A DNA stretch of 32,000 nucleotides from Synechococcus sp. A15-28 (GTDB lineage Bacteria > Cyanobacteriota > Cyanobacteriia > PCC-6307 > Cyanobiaceae). This document shows, piece after piece, positions 30,010 to 32,000 of this stretch. The notes under the pieces are model-generated. The model did not search any database, was not told the origin of the DNA, and saw only the letters and a list, made by a program, of their open reading frames with translations. Position numbers and translations under genes: made by a program. The stretch lies in assembly GCF_014280175.1 (NCBI RefSeq), contig NZ_CP047931.1:2309587-2341586 (forward strand). Direction: 5' to 3'. Position 1 is the stretch's first letter. Each line of letters begins with the position of its first letter.

Positions 30010-30594
30010 ATGCCTTCCTACCGAACCCGTCGGTGCCGCATGATCGCAGTTGCTGGAAGCTGCGGTATCGGGCTCACGGCCCTGACGAGCCCAGTTCTTG
30101 CCGCCAGGGATGTTGCCCTGGTCAGCGGGGCATTCCGGCGGTCGATTCCGGTGAAAGACATCGAGCATCTCGCCGACACCGGTGAAGCGAGGGGATTGCT
30201 GGAACAGCTGCTCGCTCTCTCCAAGCAAGATCCGGAGAACGTTGCCAAGCTCCTCAACCAGAAACTTGATCTGCCCCTGGTCCTCACCAGCCGTCTGATC
30301 AACACTCGGATTGGTGAGGCGATCATCCGCCGGGTGGGACAGATTATCTATCCGATCTACACACCCCAACCGGACGTCAGCGTTCCGGCCTTACGGGCTG
30401 GTGTCATCAACGGACTCCACAACAGCAGCGATGGACTGACCGCCGTGGATTTCCTCAAGGCTTACCCAAACGAGGTGTTGGCCGTGAATCTTCCGGCCCT
30501 GTTCTCGGTGATCGAGAAGGCCCAATCCATTTCCGGCCTGGTGCAGTTCTTCTCCGATTCACCCCTGGACGGCCTCAAGGAAGCCAAGCCCTGA
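30010..30594 (+). CDS. Secreted DUF1400-like (alpha/beta hydrolase-associated domain) protein lacking the hydrolase part
   Basis: Signal peptide-like N-terminus ending ...TSPVLAARD; then VALVSGAFRRSIPVKDIEHLADTGEARGLLEQLLAL...FLKAYPNEVLAVNLP, same style as the N-terminal domain of 21854..23350. Confidence 0.6.
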   Translation: MPSYRTRRCRMIAVAGSCGIGLTALTSPVLAARDVALVSGAFRRSIPVKDIEHLADTGEARGLLEQLLALSKQDPENVAKLLNQKLDLPLVLTSRLINTRIGEAIIRRVGQIIYPIYTPQPDVSVPALRAGVINGLHNSSDGLTAVDFLKAYPNEVLAVNLPALFSVIEKAQSISGLVQFFSDSPLDGLKEAKP

Positions 30595-30630
30595 ACCTCG
30601 TAGATTTCGCCTGATTCCAAGCAGCATCCG

Positions 30631-31737
30631 GTGTCCCTGTTCCAGAACCTCCGTCGGCGCTTTGCGGCTACTCCTGTGATGCAGGACTGGCCCGGTCTGA
30701 TCGAGGCCTACAGAGCCTGGTTACCGGTGACCTCCACCACTCCGGTGATCACCCTCAGGGAAGGAGCAACCCCACTCATCCCTGTGCCGGCGATCCAGGA
30801 ACGGATCGGCAAGGGAGTGAAGGTGTATGTCAAATACGATGGCCTCAATCCCACTGGATCCTTCAAGGATCGGGGGATGACCATGGCCATCAGCAAGGCC
30901 AAGGAAGCCGGCTGTGAAGCCGTGATCTGCGCCAGCACCGGCAACACCAGTGCCGCTGCCGCGGCCTATGCCCGTCGTGGCGGCATGAGGGCCTTCGTCC
31001 TGATCCCCGACGGTTACGTCGCCCAGGGAAAACTCGCTCAAGCCCTCGTCTACGGCGCTGAGGTGCTGGCCATCCGCGGCAATTTCGACCGCGCTCTGGA
31101 CATCGTCCGCGAAGCCGCGGAGAAATACCCCGTGACGCTGGTCAACTCGGTGAACCCCTACCGACTGCAGGGCCAGAAAACAGCCGCTTTCGAAATCGTC
31201 GATGCCCTCGGTGATGCTCCGGACTGGCTCTGCATTCCCATGGGCAATGCCGGCAACATCACCGCCTATTGGATGGGCTTCCAGGAATACCAACAGGCCG
31301 GTCACAGCCGCACCCTTCCGCGAATGATGGGGTTCCAGGCCAGCGGTTCCGCCCCTCTGGTCAACGACACCACCGTGAGCGATCCGGACACCATTGCAAC
31401 GGCCATCCGCATCGGTAATCCGGTGAACCGGGCCAAAGCCATCGCCGCCCGTCAAGCCAGCAACGGCGCTTTCCTGGATGTGACGGATGCAGAAATCATC
31501 GAGGCCTACAAGCTCCTGGGTGGCCAGGAAGGCATCTTCTGCGAACCCGCCAGTGCGGCTTCCGTCGCCGGTCTGCTGAAGCGAAAAGATGAGGTCCCGG
31601 CGGGAGCGACCGTGGTCTGCGTCCTCACCGGCAATGGCCTGAAGGATCCGGACTGCGCGATCAACAACAACGACGCCTCCTTCCACACGGACCTGAACCC
31701 CGATCTGACCACGGTGGCTGGCGTCATGGGTTTCTGA
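30631..31737 (+). CDS. thrC: Threonine synthase
   Basis: ATPLIPVPAIQERIG, KYDGLNPTGSFKDRGMTMAISKAKEAG (PLP lysine motif), CASTGNTSAAAAAYARRGG, GNAGNITAYW, CVLTGNGLKDPD. GTG start. Confidence 0.96.
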   Translation: MSLFQNLRRRFAATPVMQDWPGLIEAYRAWLPVTSTTPVITLREGATPLIPVPAIQERIGKGVKVYVKYDGLNPTGSFKDRGMTMAISKAKEAGCEAVICASTGNTSAAAAAYARRGGMRAFVLIPDGYVAQGKLAQALVYGAEVLAIRGNFDRALDIVREAAEKYPVTLVNSVNPYRLQGQKTAAFEIVDALGDAPDWLCIPMGNAGNITAYWMGFQEYQQAGHSRTLPRMMGFQASGSAPLVNDTTVSDPDTIATAIRIGNPVNRAKAIAARQASNGAFLDVTDAEIIEAYKLLGGQEGIFCEPASAASVAGLLKRKDEVPAGATVVCVLTGNGLKDPDCAINNNDASFHTDLNPDLTTVAGVMGF

Positions 31738-31761
31738 ATCGTGATCTTCACGCCCTCGATG

Positions 31762-31786
31762 GCCCCCCTGCAGGGGGGCTTTTTTT
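31762..31786 (+). terminator. Rho-independent terminator of thrC
   Basis: Perfect 18-bp palindrome GCCCCCCTGCAGGGGGGC followed by TTTTTTT. Confidence 0.88.
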
Positions 31787-32000
31787 GCATCAGAAGCGCA
31801 GACCAACCCACAAAGTGGCTGGGGAGGACCGTTGAAAAGTTGTTCAACAACATGGGGAAACAACAGCCGAACCCGGGCTCGAAAGCCACGCCGCTCTCTC
31901 CACAACCAGTGAAGAAGTGGAAAACAGGCTTTCTCTCCACAGCGGCCGATTTGTCTTCCCCAAGCAAATGCTGATCTCAGCCGAGGCCACGTCTGGAAAG

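Noticed and set aside
30721-31905. 394-aa minus-strand ORF antisense to thrC
   Set aside because: Antisense shadow of thrC; composition and lack of motifs do not support coding.
31741-31974. 77-aa plus ORF after thrC
   Set aside because: Runs through the thrC terminator and intergenic region; no motif and low-complexity basic composition.
1-32000. Search by eye for CRISPR arrays, transposases, integrases, phage genes, restriction or toxin-antitoxin systems, rRNA and tRNA genes
   Set aside because: No regularly spaced repeats, mobile-element proteins or defence-type gene clusters recognised; nearly all sequence is explained by housekeeping genes. A tRNA or ncRNA covariance scan was not possible here.

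Overview
The window reads as an ordinary, densely packed core-genome segment of a marine picocyanobacterium (Synechococcus-like; inferred from gene content and protein style, not from any search). I assign a partial DAHP synthase at the left edge, then acnB, a ClC-type channel, a radical SAM protein, an O-antigen-ligase-like protein, purU, psbQ-like, an FAD oxidoreductase, an interrupted pstS, dnaK, aroE, a Tic20-like protein, rpsF, argG, a DUF3134-like protein, mraY, purT, a sucrose-phosphate synthase, a DUF1400-type hydrolase, uvrA, recN, an ABC1/UbiB kinase, a standalone DUF1400-like protein and thrC. I found no CRISPR array, transposon, prophage, toxin-antitoxin pair, rRNA or tRNA, and no convincing novel multi-gene system. 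Points worth a second look: (1) pstS is split by one in-frame TAA, with homologous sequence continuing in the same frame; (2) two genes (about 4330 and 8529) seem to need a CTG start overlapping the upstream TGA, each with an SD-like motif 7 nt upstream; (3) the intergenic region after thrC has a small cluster of DnaA-box-like sequences; (4) a 52-aa membrane ORF absent from the ORF track is coupled on both sides between a small hypothetical gene and purT; (5) structured leader candidates lie ahead of sps and rpsF; (6) the phosphatase-like domain of the sucrose-phosphate synthase has a divergent HAD motif IV.
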